Positions 27,796-36,125 of a stretch of 64,000 nt of DNA are shown piece after piece. Each line of letters starts with the position of its first letter. The first letter of the stretch is position 1. The stretch covers positions 64,001 to 128,000 of the forward strand of contig CAVYJM010000011.1 of the NCBI GenBank assembly GCA_963768855.1, given 5' to 3'. Origin of the DNA: an uncultured Thermoplasmata archaeon (GTDB taxonomy: Archaea > Thermoplasmatota > Thermoplasmata > RBG-16-68-12). A program made the position numbers and the translations under genes. A model generated the notes under the pieces. It had not been told where the DNA came from and did not search any database. It saw only the letters and a program-made list of their open reading frames with translations.

Positions 27796-28561
27796 ATGCC
27801 GGAAGACGCACGAATCGAAGTGGCTCGCGAGGGCCCCGTCGCGGTCCTATTCCTCCATCACCCGCCGAAGAACCGGCTCACGCAGGCGATGATTCAGCAG
27901 CTCTCCGGCCATGTCGGGGCCATCGAGAAGGACGGCAGCGCAGCTGGCCGTCGTCGTTGCAGGAGCGGGAGGGCACACGTTCTGCGAGGGCCTCGATGCC
28001 ACGGAGTGGTCGGCCCTTTCCCCGAAGGACGCGCAGTCGGCCCTCCAGCGCGGGTTCGAGGCACTGTGGGCCCTCGAGCACCTGACGAAGCCCACGATTG
28101 CAGCCATCGAGGGCGGTTGCCGGAGCATCGGAGCGGAACTGGCCCTGGCCTGCGACCTCCGGTTCGCCTCGGAGACCGCGACGTTCGCGTTCCCGGAGAT
28201 CGACCAGGCCTGGATGCCGAGCCATGGGGGGACCGCGCGGCTGCCGCGGATGATTGGTCGGTCCCGGACCCTGGAGCTCTTCCTAACGGCGGCCAACGTC
28301 GACGCTCGAGAGGCCGCCAAGCTTGGCTTCGTGGAACACGTCACGAAACCCGGGGAGGCGATGACAAAGGCGCTCGCCCTGGCCAGTGCCTTCGCCGAGG
28401 AACCCCGCACGGCGGTCCATGCGATCAAGCGCGCGCTGACCGAGGCCGAGGAGAAACCGTACCGCAATCGGTTCCTCCTCGAAGCGCAGCACTCCGTGCA
28501 GCTCCTGTGGACGGACGCGTACCGCGAGGCCCAGGAGAAGGCGCGCCGCAAAAGCCCCTAG
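27796..28561 (+). pseudogene. Enoyl-CoA hydratase family gene with a frameshift near 27940 (pseudogene or sequence error)
   Basis: MPEDARIEVAREGPVAVLFLHHPPKNRL...EKDGS is in one frame; QLAVVVAGAGGHTFCEGLD...GAELALACDLR...FPEI continues in another. Confidence 0.75.
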
Positions 28562-28610
28562 GCGGCGCAAACTCCTTCCCCCGCCCCGGCATGGTGGCTC
28601 CGGGGAACCG

Positions 28611-28973
28611 ATGGGGGCCGAGGCGCGGCGCGGCAAGGATGTGGACCGGCTCCTGACGGGGCTCGACCCGCCGCAGCGGGACGTCGCGATCGCCCTGCGG
28701 GAGTTTCTCCTCCAGGCGGGACCGGAGCTCCACGAGGCCGTGAAGTGGGGCGCTCCGTGCTATCTCGTGGAAAGGCTCGTGTGTTCGATCGCGGCGCACT
28801 CGGACCACACGAACCTCGAGTTCTACCACGGCACCTCGCTGCGGGACCCGAAGCGGCTCCTCGAGGGCAGCGGCAAATCCCTGCGGCACGTGAAGTTCCA
28901 CAAAGCTGCGGACATCAAGCCCGCGCTCCTGAAGCCGCTGCTCCGCGAGGCGATCGAGCTCGACGCCTCGTGA
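28611..28973 (+). CDS. DUF1801 (YdhG-like) domain protein
   Basis: EAVKWGAPCY, FYHGTSLRDP..LLEGSGK.LRHVK. Confidence 0.85.
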   Translation: MGAEARRGKDVDRLLTGLDPPQRDVAIALREFLLQAGPELHEAVKWGAPCYLVERLVCSIAAHSDHTNLEFYHGTSLRDPKRLLEGSGKSLRHVKFHKAADIKPALLKPLLREAIELDAS

Positions 28974-28982
28974 GACGTGTCG

Positions 28983-29729
28983 TCACTGCTTGTACGCTTT
29001 CGCGATCGCCCACACGGTGAGCGGGTAGCCCTTTGGGTCCACGTTGTCGATGATCTCGTGCAGGACCTCGCGTGCCTTCGGCTTCGGCAGGCTTCCGAGG
29101 AATGTGCGCTTCTTGTGCGTCTTCATCCACTCACGGAACTCGTCCTGCTTCGTGACATACAGCGAGCGGACCGTCTTGTCGACGAACTGGACGCCGGACT
29201 TCGTGCCGATCTGGTCCGCATCGTAGTCGCGCTGGAGGAACTCGAAGAAGAACCACTCGTCGTCGAGGAGCTCCCGCGAGAAGCATTGGAGCAGCGGCCC
29301 GAAGGAGTCCTTGTCCTGGTAGATCGGTGTGAGGAACTCCGCGCCCTTCTTCTCCAGGTACGCCCGGAACTTCACGATGTCCGTCGTGCGGAGGGCGAGG
29401 TGTTGGATGTACGTCTTGGCCTCCCCTGCCGGCTTCCCATCGAACCCGAACTTGAACGGCGCCTGGCCCTGCGAGACTTCGTCGGGGGCGTCGATCCCGA
29501 AGACCATCGCGATCCGCTCGTTCGTGTAGGGGTGGTGGAAGGCGGAGGTCGCCATCCCCGTCTTCTCCTCGCCGACCCGCGGCGTCTCGTAGACGACGCG
29601 GTAGCCGTCGCTGACGAGGAAGTCCCGCAGGTTGTTGAACACGGTCATGTCGCGCACGAGCACGGTCTTGTGGTCCGGCTTCAGCTTCATGAATTCCGGG
29701 ACGGCCAATTGGATCCCCAGGCCGCGCAT
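28983..29729 (-). CDS. VOC-superfamily dioxygenase resembling the C-terminal catalytic half of 4-hydroxyphenylpyruvate dioxygenase
   Basis: DH...IQHLALRTTDI...GAEFL...LLQCFS...FFEFLQR, i.e. the His/His/Glu triad pattern; about 248 aa (or start at 29690). Confidence 0.7.
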   Translation of the reverse strand: MRGLGIQLAVPEFMKLKPDHKTVLVRDMTVFNNLRDFLVSDGYRVVYETPRVGEEKTGMATSAFHHPYTNERIAMVFGIDAPDEVSQGQAPFKFGFDGKPAGEAKTYIQHLALRTTDIVKFRAYLEKKGAEFLTPIYQDKDSFGPLLQCFSRELLDDEWFFFEFLQRDYDADQIGTKSGVQFVDKTVRSLYVTKQDEFREWMKTHKKRTFLGSLPKPKAREVLHEIIDNVDPKGYPLTVWAIAKAYKQ

Positions 29730-29793
29730 TGTCGGGCGATGTCCATAACCCTTGCGTGGTTGGATTTCGCATGACCGAAAATCGCACGGCGAT

Positions 29794-30804
29794 TCACGAG
29801 GTTCGCGCGATCGGGTTCGTGAGGATGCCGACTCCCTCGACCTCGAGCTCGACGATGTCCCCCGGGACGAGGTACGCCGCGGCATCGCCCTTTTCGAACT
29901 CGCACCCGCCGGGAATCGTCCCGCTCCCCCAGACCTCCCCCGCATGGACGGCCTGGCTCGCCGCGAGGAACGTGCCGAGTTCCTCGAACGACCAGGCGGC
30001 TCGCTGGCCCGCTTCGATCAGCGGGTTGCGGGTCACGAGGGTGCGGAGCCGGCCTGCGAGGCGCTGCACGCCGTTCACGCGGACTGCGACGCGCTGGTCG
30101 CGGAGGGCGCCGAACTCATCGCGCGTGACGACGCACGGGCCCAGGGCGTTCGCCCAGTCCTTCCCCACGGCGGGGCCCATCCCGACCCGCCCCGCGAGGG
30201 ACTGCAGGTCGCGCATCGAGAAGTCGTTGAAGATCGTCACCCCGAACAGGGACGGAGGGCCGCGGGTCCGGTCCGCGGTCGGGCCGACCACGTACCCGAT
30301 CTCCAGCTCGTAGTCGAGCTTCTGCGACGCGGTCTGGCTCCAGGTGCCGCCCTCGAAGGTCGCGAAGGTGGGGAACGGGACCGGTTCCCCGGGGCCCAGG
30401 AGGTTGAGCGCGTCCCCGTTGTAGTAGGCCGGGACGCGGTCCCACTCGGGGGGCACGCGGTCGCCGCGGGCGGCCCGGGTCCGCGCAATGTGCCCCCGGA
30501 AGGCGATGAAATCCCGCAGCAGCCGGGGCCACAGGGGTGCATGCAGGCGCACGCGGGCGGGATCGTGCGCGTAGGCGGGCCGGGACCGCGCGACGGCTCG
30601 CTCCGCCCGCCGCACGGCCGCCGTGGCCCGCCGCCATGCGCCTCCGGACAGGGTTCCGGCTGAATCGAGGAACGTGAGCATGTCGGAGGGCAGACGACGG
30701 TCCAATGCGTGCAGGTCCACGATCGTCTCCCATGCGTCCCAGGGGCCGAGGGCGGCACCCAGGCGCTCCGCCTCGCGCCCTCGCGAAAAGGTGAGGAGTC
30801 TCAT
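29794..30804 (-). CDS. fahA: Fumarylacetoacetate hydrolase family protein
   Basis: LRDFIAF, YYNG, LDYELEIG, IFNDFSMRDLQ, GKDW, GSGT; ATGA-coupled to the upstream gene. Confidence 0.85.
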   Translation of the reverse strand: MRLLTFSRGREAERLGAALGPWDAWETIVDLHALDRRLPSDMLTFLDSAGTLSGGAWRRATAAVRRAERAVARSRPAYAHDPARVRLHAPLWPRLLRDFIAFRGHIARTRAARGDRVPPEWDRVPAYYNGDALNLLGPGEPVPFPTFATFEGGTWSQTASQKLDYELEIGYVVGPTADRTRGPPSLFGVTIFNDFSMRDLQSLAGRVGMGPAVGKDWANALGPCVVTRDEFGALRDQRVAVRVNGVQRLAGRLRTLVTRNPLIEAGQRAAWSFEELGTFLAASQAVHAGEVWGSGTIPGGCEFEKGDAAAYLVPGDIVELEVEGVGILTNPIARTS

Positions 30805-31472
30805 GGGCCCCCACTCCCTAGGAGGCTCGTCCACGGCACCGGCGCTCCCTGCGACCGGCAGAGCGGACAACCCGCGGGCGCGAAGACCGGGATCTCCGCG
30901 CGGAGGGCGCTGTAGAAGCGGCCACCGAGGGTCGCCTCGGTCTCCGCAACCTTGGGCGCGGTCCCCTTGACGAAGACGGCGGCCGCCACGCGGGTCCCGC
31001 CGAGGCGCTCCACGAATTCGGGGAGGCGCTCGCCGACGCACCGCCCGGTGTGGCTCACCCCGTTGAGGACGAGCGCCCGGGCCCCGCGTTCGAGGCGTCC
31101 CTCCACGAGGCGGTCCCCGAATCGGCCGCTCGGGAGGTACTCCCAGTAGGCCGCGGGTCGCCCGACCGAACTGGCCACGGCGTCCGCGAGGACCCGGACC
31201 GCCGGCTGCGCGGGGGCGAACAGGACGTCGAACTCGATGTGCTCGCGGTCGATCCAAGCGACCAGATCCTCCCGGATCCAGTCGACGAAGCGCGGGTCCG
31301 CGGTCACCGGTTCCAGGAGGAAGAACCCCTGGAGATGGTTCCCCCGCTCGTCCGCGGGGTACCGATAATGCCCGTCCGGGTGGAACGGCCTCGCCGTGCG
31401 GAGGACTCTCTCGAGGTGTTCGCGCGGGAACGTCGCGGAGGTCGCGGTCAGCCGCTCGCCCAGGGAGTCCAT
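30801..31472 (-). CDS. Type I phosphoribosyltransferase-fold protein (PyrE-like) with a degenerate PRPP loop
   Basis: PyrE-like layout with C-terminal CPLC, but ALVLNGVSHTG in place of VLVVEDVxTTG. Confidence 0.7.
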   Translation of the reverse strand: MDSLGERLTATSATFPREHLERVLRTARPFHPDGHYRYPADERGNHLQGFFLLEPVTADPRFVDWIREDLVAWIDREHIEFDVLFAPAQPAVRVLADAVASSVGRPAAYWEYLPSGRFGDRLVEGRLERGARALVLNGVSHTGRCVGERLPEFVERLGGTRVAAAVFVKGTAPKVAETEATLGGRFYSALRAEIPVFAPAGCPLCRSQGAPVPWTSLLGSGGP

Positions 31473-31485
31473 CGTCCCGCCCCGG

Positions 31486-32739
31486 TCACGCGCTCGGGGA
31501 TTCCCATCCCGGGCCCGCGGCCTGCTCGGGTGCCCGGGCGTCGGACCAGCTCAGGACATACTCCGGGTCGCGGAACGCCCAGCCGTCCGTCGTGATGCGC
31601 ATGCTCTCGAAGTACGTGTCGAGCATGACCGCAAGGCGGGGCGAGACCGTGCCCCGGTCCGCGAGGGACCTCGCCGCGGCCTGGCCCTGCGGGCTGTGGG
31701 GCGTGGCCCCGGGGTGGAACGTGAACGAGCCCTCTTCGATCACTCCCTTGCGGGCCTCGTAGGCCATGTTGCAGAAGAACATGAGTTCGTCGCTGTCGAC
31801 GTTGAAGTGCGCGTAGGGCGCGGGCACCTCCTTGGGATTCCAGCCCTGCATGACGGGCACGAAGGAGCACAGGGAGAAGCCGTTGCTCGGCACGTTCCCG
31901 GACTGGAACGTCTGGTGCATCGGCGGCGCGGTGTGGATCTCCCGCGCGATCCCGTGGTGGCGGTGGATGTCGAAGAGGAACGGGTAGAGGGCGCCCTCCC
32001 ATCCGACGAGGTCGAACGGATGGTGGCCCAGGGTGATCCGCGTGATCTTCCCCCCGCCGAACTTCGCGTCCACCGGGAACTCCCCGCGCTCGTCCCGGTA
32101 CGGCGGCAACTCGGGCAGCTCGACCTCCGTCTCCACGACGGGGGACATGAGCGTCGCCTGGCCCCCCTTGTTGAAGTACTGCGGGGCGAACTGGATCGGA
32201 TACACCGATTCCACGAGGAGGAACCACGCCTTGTCCGTGTCGAGCTCGACGCGGTACGTCGTGCCCTTCGGGACCGAGACGTACACGTCCTTGCGGAACC
32301 GGAGGTCCCCGTACTCCGTGCGAAACCGCCCCTCGCCCTCCTGGACGAAGTAGATTTCGTGTCGCTCCCCATTGCGGAAGAACGTGTCCTCAGGCATGTC
32401 CTCCTTCGGCTTCGAGACGCCGAGCGACGTCCGGGGCCCCGCGACGATTGTCCTCCGGCCGCGGACCGCGTCCTTGTCGAAGGGCATTCGGCCCGTGCGG
32501 ATGTGGTGAGGCTGGAGGAGGTCCGCCTCGGGCGGGAACGCGGGCGCGAGATCGAAGTCTCCGCGCCGGGGTGCCTTCACCTGATCCGTCGGGTACGCGC
32601 GGACGTGGACCTTGCGGGACCAGGGTCCGCTGAAGCCATAGCTGCCGTGGATCTCCTCGAGGGCGAGGACGTCCGGGATCGCGTAGAACTCGGTGTGCGG
32701 TGTCGGCGGGACGGTACCCCGCTTCGCAATGAGGACCAT
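31486..32739 (-). CDS. hmgA: Homogentisate 1,2-dioxygenase
   Basis: FFRNGERHE, HHPFDLVGWEG, HTAPPMHQTF, HFNVDSDELMF, FHPGATPHSP with His/Glu/His iron ligands. Confidence 0.88.
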   Translation of the reverse strand: MVLIAKRGTVPPTPHTEFYAIPDVLALEEIHGSYGFSGPWSRKVHVRAYPTDQVKAPRRGDFDLAPAFPPEADLLQPHHIRTGRMPFDKDAVRGRRTIVAGPRTSLGVSKPKEDMPEDTFFRNGERHEIYFVQEGEGRFRTEYGDLRFRKDVYVSVPKGTTYRVELDTDKAWFLLVESVYPIQFAPQYFNKGGQATLMSPVVETEVELPELPPYRDERGEFPVDAKFGGGKITRITLGHHPFDLVGWEGALYPFLFDIHRHHGIAREIHTAPPMHQTFQSGNVPSNGFSLCSFVPVMQGWNPKEVPAPYAHFNVDSDELMFFCNMAYEARKGVIEEGSFTFHPGATPHSPQGQAAARSLADRGTVSPRLAVMLDTYFESMRITTDGWAFRDPEYVLSWSDARAPEQAAGPGWESPSA

Positions 32740-32851
32740 CGCGTGCTCCCCTAGCGCGACGTATGCCCCGGCCGGTCTTAAACTCGCGCCGCGGCGGCCG
32801 AGAGGTTCAAGTCCCACGGCGTCCTTGATGAGCGGGGGAAGCCAGGCCGCC

Positions 32852-34165
32852 ATGGGCGACGAGGCCCTCATCCACAACTACATCGTCGAGCGGAAACTGG
32901 GCGGCGGCCTTCCTGGGAAGATCACCCTCTGGGACGAGACCCTCCGCGACGGCGAGCAGACGCCGGGCGTCGCCTTCACCCCGGAGGAGAAGGTCACGAT
33001 CGCGACTCTCCTCGATGAGATGGGCGTCCCCCTGATGGACGTGGGCATCCCGGTCGTGTCCTCCGAGGAGGCGCGCGGCGTCAAGGCGATCGCGAACGCG
33101 GGCCTCGACGCGTCGATCATGGCCGCCGCCCGCGCGGTCCGCAGGGACGTCGAGGCGTGCGTCGACGCCGGCGTCGACGAAATCGCGCTGTTCATCGCCT
33201 GCTCCGACCTGCACATGAAGTACAAGCTCAACATGACGCGCGAACAGGTCCAGGAGGCCGCGGTCCGCGAGGTGACGTATGCGAAGGACCACGGGCTCAG
33301 GGTCTCCTTCGTGACGGAGGACACGTTCCGCGCGGACCTCGACTACGTGGTCGAGCTGTACAACGCGTGCATCGAGGCGGGAGCGACCCGCTGCGTGATC
33401 TGCGACACGGTCGGCGTCATGACGCCGGTCGGCATCCGGTGGTTCGTGGAGCAGGTCAAGCCCCGCCTCCGGCCGACCCAGCTCTCCTTCCACGGCCACA
33501 ACGACTTCGGGCTCGCGACTGCGAACAGCCTCGCGGCGGTCGAGGCGGGCGTCGAGGTGCCTCACACCTGCGTGAACGGGCTCGGAGAGCGTTCGGGGAA
33601 CGCGAGCTTCGAGGAGCTCGTCATGGCCCTCGAGGCGCTCTACGGCTACAAGACCGGCATCGACGTCTCGCGGATGTACGAGGTCTCGCGCCTCGTCGAG
33701 AAGCTGAGCGGCGTCCCGGTCGGGGTGAACAAGCCCGTGGTCGGCTACAACGCCTTCAGCCACGAATCCGGCATCCATGCCGACGGCGTGATCAAGCACA
33801 CGGCGACCTACGAGCCGATCCAGCCCGAGCGGATCGGGCGCACGCGGCAGTTCATCTACGGGAAGCACACGGGTTCCGCCTCGGTCGTTGAGAAGCTCCG
33901 GACGAACCAGGTCGAGGCGAGTCCAGACCAGGTCCAGGCGCTCGTGGTGCTCATCAAGGAGTACGCCGAGAGCAAGTCCAAGGTGGACCCGCAGGCGTTC
34001 ATCGAGCTCTTCCGCGAGCGGGAGGACCGCCGCCGCGGCATCACGGAGGAGGAGTTCTGGCTCCTCGCGAAGCGGGCCGGTCTCGCGGTGCCTCCGGACC
34101 GCGAGCCGAAGTTCCCACGGTACAGCCTCGAGCCCCCGAAGGAGTCCGGGACGGCCCTCCGGTAG
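32852..34165 (+). CDS. 2-isopropylmalate/homocitrate/citramalate synthase family protein (no C-terminal regulatory domain)
   Basis: DETLRDGEQ, HGHNDFGLA, NGLGERSGNA, HESGIHADG, GKHTG. Confidence 0.9.
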   Translation: MGDEALIHNYIVERKLGGGLPGKITLWDETLRDGEQTPGVAFTPEEKVTIATLLDEMGVPLMDVGIPVVSSEEARGVKAIANAGLDASIMAAARAVRRDVEACVDAGVDEIALFIACSDLHMKYKLNMTREQVQEAAVREVTYAKDHGLRVSFVTEDTFRADLDYVVELYNACIEAGATRCVICDTVGVMTPVGIRWFVEQVKPRLRPTQLSFHGHNDFGLATANSLAAVEAGVEVPHTCVNGLGERSGNASFEELVMALEALYGYKTGIDVSRMYEVSRLVEKLSGVPVGVNKPVVGYNAFSHESGIHADGVIKHTATYEPIQPERIGRTRQFIYGKHTGSASVVEKLRTNQVEASPDQVQALVVLIKEYAESKSKVDPQAFIELFREREDRRRGITEEEFWLLAKRAGLAVPPDREPKFPRYSLEPPKESGTALR

Positions 34166-34210
34166 ACCATGTTTATGACCTCCTCCCGCTTCCCATAGGG
34201 GGCGACCGAG

Positions 34211-35473
34211 ATGACCGCGCAGACGATGACCGAGAAGATCCTCGCGCGCGCGAGCCACCGTCCCGCCGTGCGGCCGGGCCAGATCGTGGACGGCTTCGTG
34301 GACCTCCTCTACATGCACGAGATGCTTGCCCTCGCCCTCAAGCCGTTCGACGAGATCGGCGTGAAGCGGATCTGGGATCCCGCCAAATGCGTCGTCACGA
34401 TTGACCACTGGGTTCCGCCGCCGACCCCCGAGGTCGCGAAGATGCACCAGGCGATCCGCGAGTTCTGCTGGGCCCAGGGCATCGCCCGGTTCCACGATGT
34501 CGGCGATCACGGGATCATCCATCAGCTCGTCGTCGAGCGCGGCTACGTCCACCCGGGCGAGCTCGTGATCGGGTGCGATTCCCACACGAACATGGCGGGG
34601 GCCATGGGAGCCTTCGCCGCGGGGATCGGCGCGACGGAGACCGCCGCGGTCATGGCGACGGGCAAGCTCTGGCTCAAGGTGCCCGAGACGATCGACGTCC
34701 GCGTGGAGGGGAAGCTCGCGAAGCGCACGGGGGCGAAGGACGTCATCCTGAAGGTCATCCAGACCACCGGGGACGATGGGGCGGCGTACAAGGCCGTGGA
34801 GTTCCACGGCGGCACGGTCCGTGCGTTCCCGATGAACGAGCGGTTCACCCTCTCCAACATGACCACGGAGATGGGCGCGAAGGCCGGGATCGTCCCCTCC
34901 GATGAAACGACGGAGCGCTACCTCGAGGCCGTCGGGGCGAAGACCTCGTACCGCGCGCTGGACGGGGATCCGGGAGCGACCTACCTGAACGTGTACGACC
35001 TCGACGTGAACGGGATGGGGCCGCAGGTCGCCTGCCCAAACAATCCCGCGAACGTGAAGCCGATCGAGGAGGTGGCGGGCACGAAGATCGACATGGCCTT
35101 CCTCGGCTCGTGCACGAACGCGCGGATCGAGGACCTCCGGGCCGCGGCGGAGATTCTGAGCGGCGAGAAGGTCGCCCCGCATGTCCGGATGATCGTGACG
35201 CCCGCGTCGCAGGCGATCTACCGACAGGCGCTCAAGGAGGGCCTGGCGGAGGTCTTCCTCGAGGCCGGGGCCACGTTTACCTCGTCCACGTGCGGACCGT
35301 GCTTCGGGGGCCACATGGGCGTCCTGGGGCCGAAGGAGGTCTGCATCTCGTCGACGAACCGCAATTACCCCGGGCGCATGGGGAGTCCGGAAGCCCTGGT
35401 GTACCTCGGTTCGCCCTACACCGTGGCCGCCTCGGCGATGTACGGGGTCCTGACGGACCCGCGGGAGGCGTGA
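34211..35473 (+). CDS. leuC: 3-isopropylmalate dehydratase / homoaconitase large subunit
   Basis: DSHT, GSCTN, CGPCFG, STNRNYPGRMG aconitase motifs. Specificity (LeuC or HacA) is not resolvable by eye. Confidence 0.9.
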   Translation: MTAQTMTEKILARASHRPAVRPGQIVDGFVDLLYMHEMLALALKPFDEIGVKRIWDPAKCVVTIDHWVPPPTPEVAKMHQAIREFCWAQGIARFHDVGDHGIIHQLVVERGYVHPGELVIGCDSHTNMAGAMGAFAAGIGATETAAVMATGKLWLKVPETIDVRVEGKLAKRTGAKDVILKVIQTTGDDGAAYKAVEFHGGTVRAFPMNERFTLSNMTTEMGAKAGIVPSDETTERYLEAVGAKTSYRALDGDPGATYLNVYDLDVNGMGPQVACPNNPANVKPIEEVAGTKIDMAFLGSCTNARIEDLRAAAEILSGEKVAPHVRMIVTPASQAIYRQALKEGLAEVFLEAGATFTSSTCGPCFGGHMGVLGPKEVCISSTNRNYPGRMGSPEALVYLGSPYTVAASAMYGVLTDPREA

Positions 35474-35982
35474 CCGTGCAGACCACGTTCGAGGGGCGCG
35501 TCTGGAAGTTCGGTGACGATATCTCGACGGACCACATCATCGCGGGACGCTACCTCACCTCGGTCGACCCGAAGGTCCTCTCCGAGCACGTCATGGAGAA
35601 CGTGGACCCCTCGTTCGTGAAGGGGGTCCGGCCCGGGGACATCGTCGTGGGCGCCACGAACTTCGGGTGCGGCTCGAGCCGCGAGCAGGCGCCGATCGCC
35701 CTGAAGGCGGCCGGCATCTCCTGCGTCGCAGCCAACACCTTCGCCCGTATCTTCTACCGGAACGCAATCAACATCGGCTTCCCGGTCATCGAGTGCCCCG
35801 GGCTCCACGAGATGGTGAAGGAGGGCGACGTGATCACGGTCGACCTCGCGGCGGGTCATGTCATGCTGCCCTCCGGGGAGACCGTGCGGTTTCAGCCCTT
35901 CCCGCCGAACATCCTCGAGATCCTGAACGCAGGTGGTCTCGTCCCGAAGCTCCGCGCGGAGCTCGCGTCGCGGTCCGCATGA
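35470..35982 (+). CDS. leuD: 3-isopropylmalate dehydratase / homoaconitase small subunit
   Basis: DDISTDHII, NFGCGSSREQAP, FARIFYRNAIN; GTGA overlap with the large subunit. Confidence 0.9.
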   Translation: MTVQTTFEGRVWKFGDDISTDHIIAGRYLTSVDPKVLSEHVMENVDPSFVKGVRPGDIVVGATNFGCGSSREQAPIALKAAGISCVAANTFARIFYRNAINIGFPVIECPGLHEMVKEGDVITVDLAAGHVMLPSGETVRFQPFPPNILEILNAGGLVPKLRAELASRSA

Positions 35983-36026
35983 AGTGGATCCGACGGGCCG
36001 TGCGACAAGGCGCCGTGGGGAGTTGA

Positions 36027-36049
36027 AGTCAACCTTAAACAAGGTTGAT
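36027..36049 (+). promoter_or_regulatory. 23-bp dyad element, copy 2
   Basis: AGTCAACCTTAAACAAGGTTGAT, identical on the coding strand to copy 1; 76 nt upstream of the ATG at 36126. Confidence 0.75.
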
Positions 36050-36125
36050 CTCCGCTGACCCGCGGCGTCGTGGATCGCGGTCCCGCGCGAATCCTTATGT
36101 GGCGTTTCCGCTTCCGCGCCTGCCG

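Noticed and set aside
27930-27950. Programmed ribosomal frameshift in the crotonase gene
   Set aside because: No slippery sequence or obvious stimulatory structure at the junction.
32788-32820. tRNA-like words (GGCCGAGAGG and GGTTCAAGTCCC) upstream of the synthase
   Set aside because: The two motifs overlap, the T-stem forms only 2 bp, and there is no anticodon arm or acceptor partner; no cloverleaf can be built.
32807-35314. 835-aa ORF on the minus strand
   Set aside because: Antisense shadow of the synthase and leuC genes caused by GC3 bias; no family motifs.
18268-36049. The two 23-bp elements as terminal inverted repeats of an 18-kb transposon or invertible segment
   Set aside because: They are inverted relative to each other, but no recombinase or transposase and no flanking direct repeats are seen, and the enclosed genes are metabolic. 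This cannot be fully excluded without synteny data.
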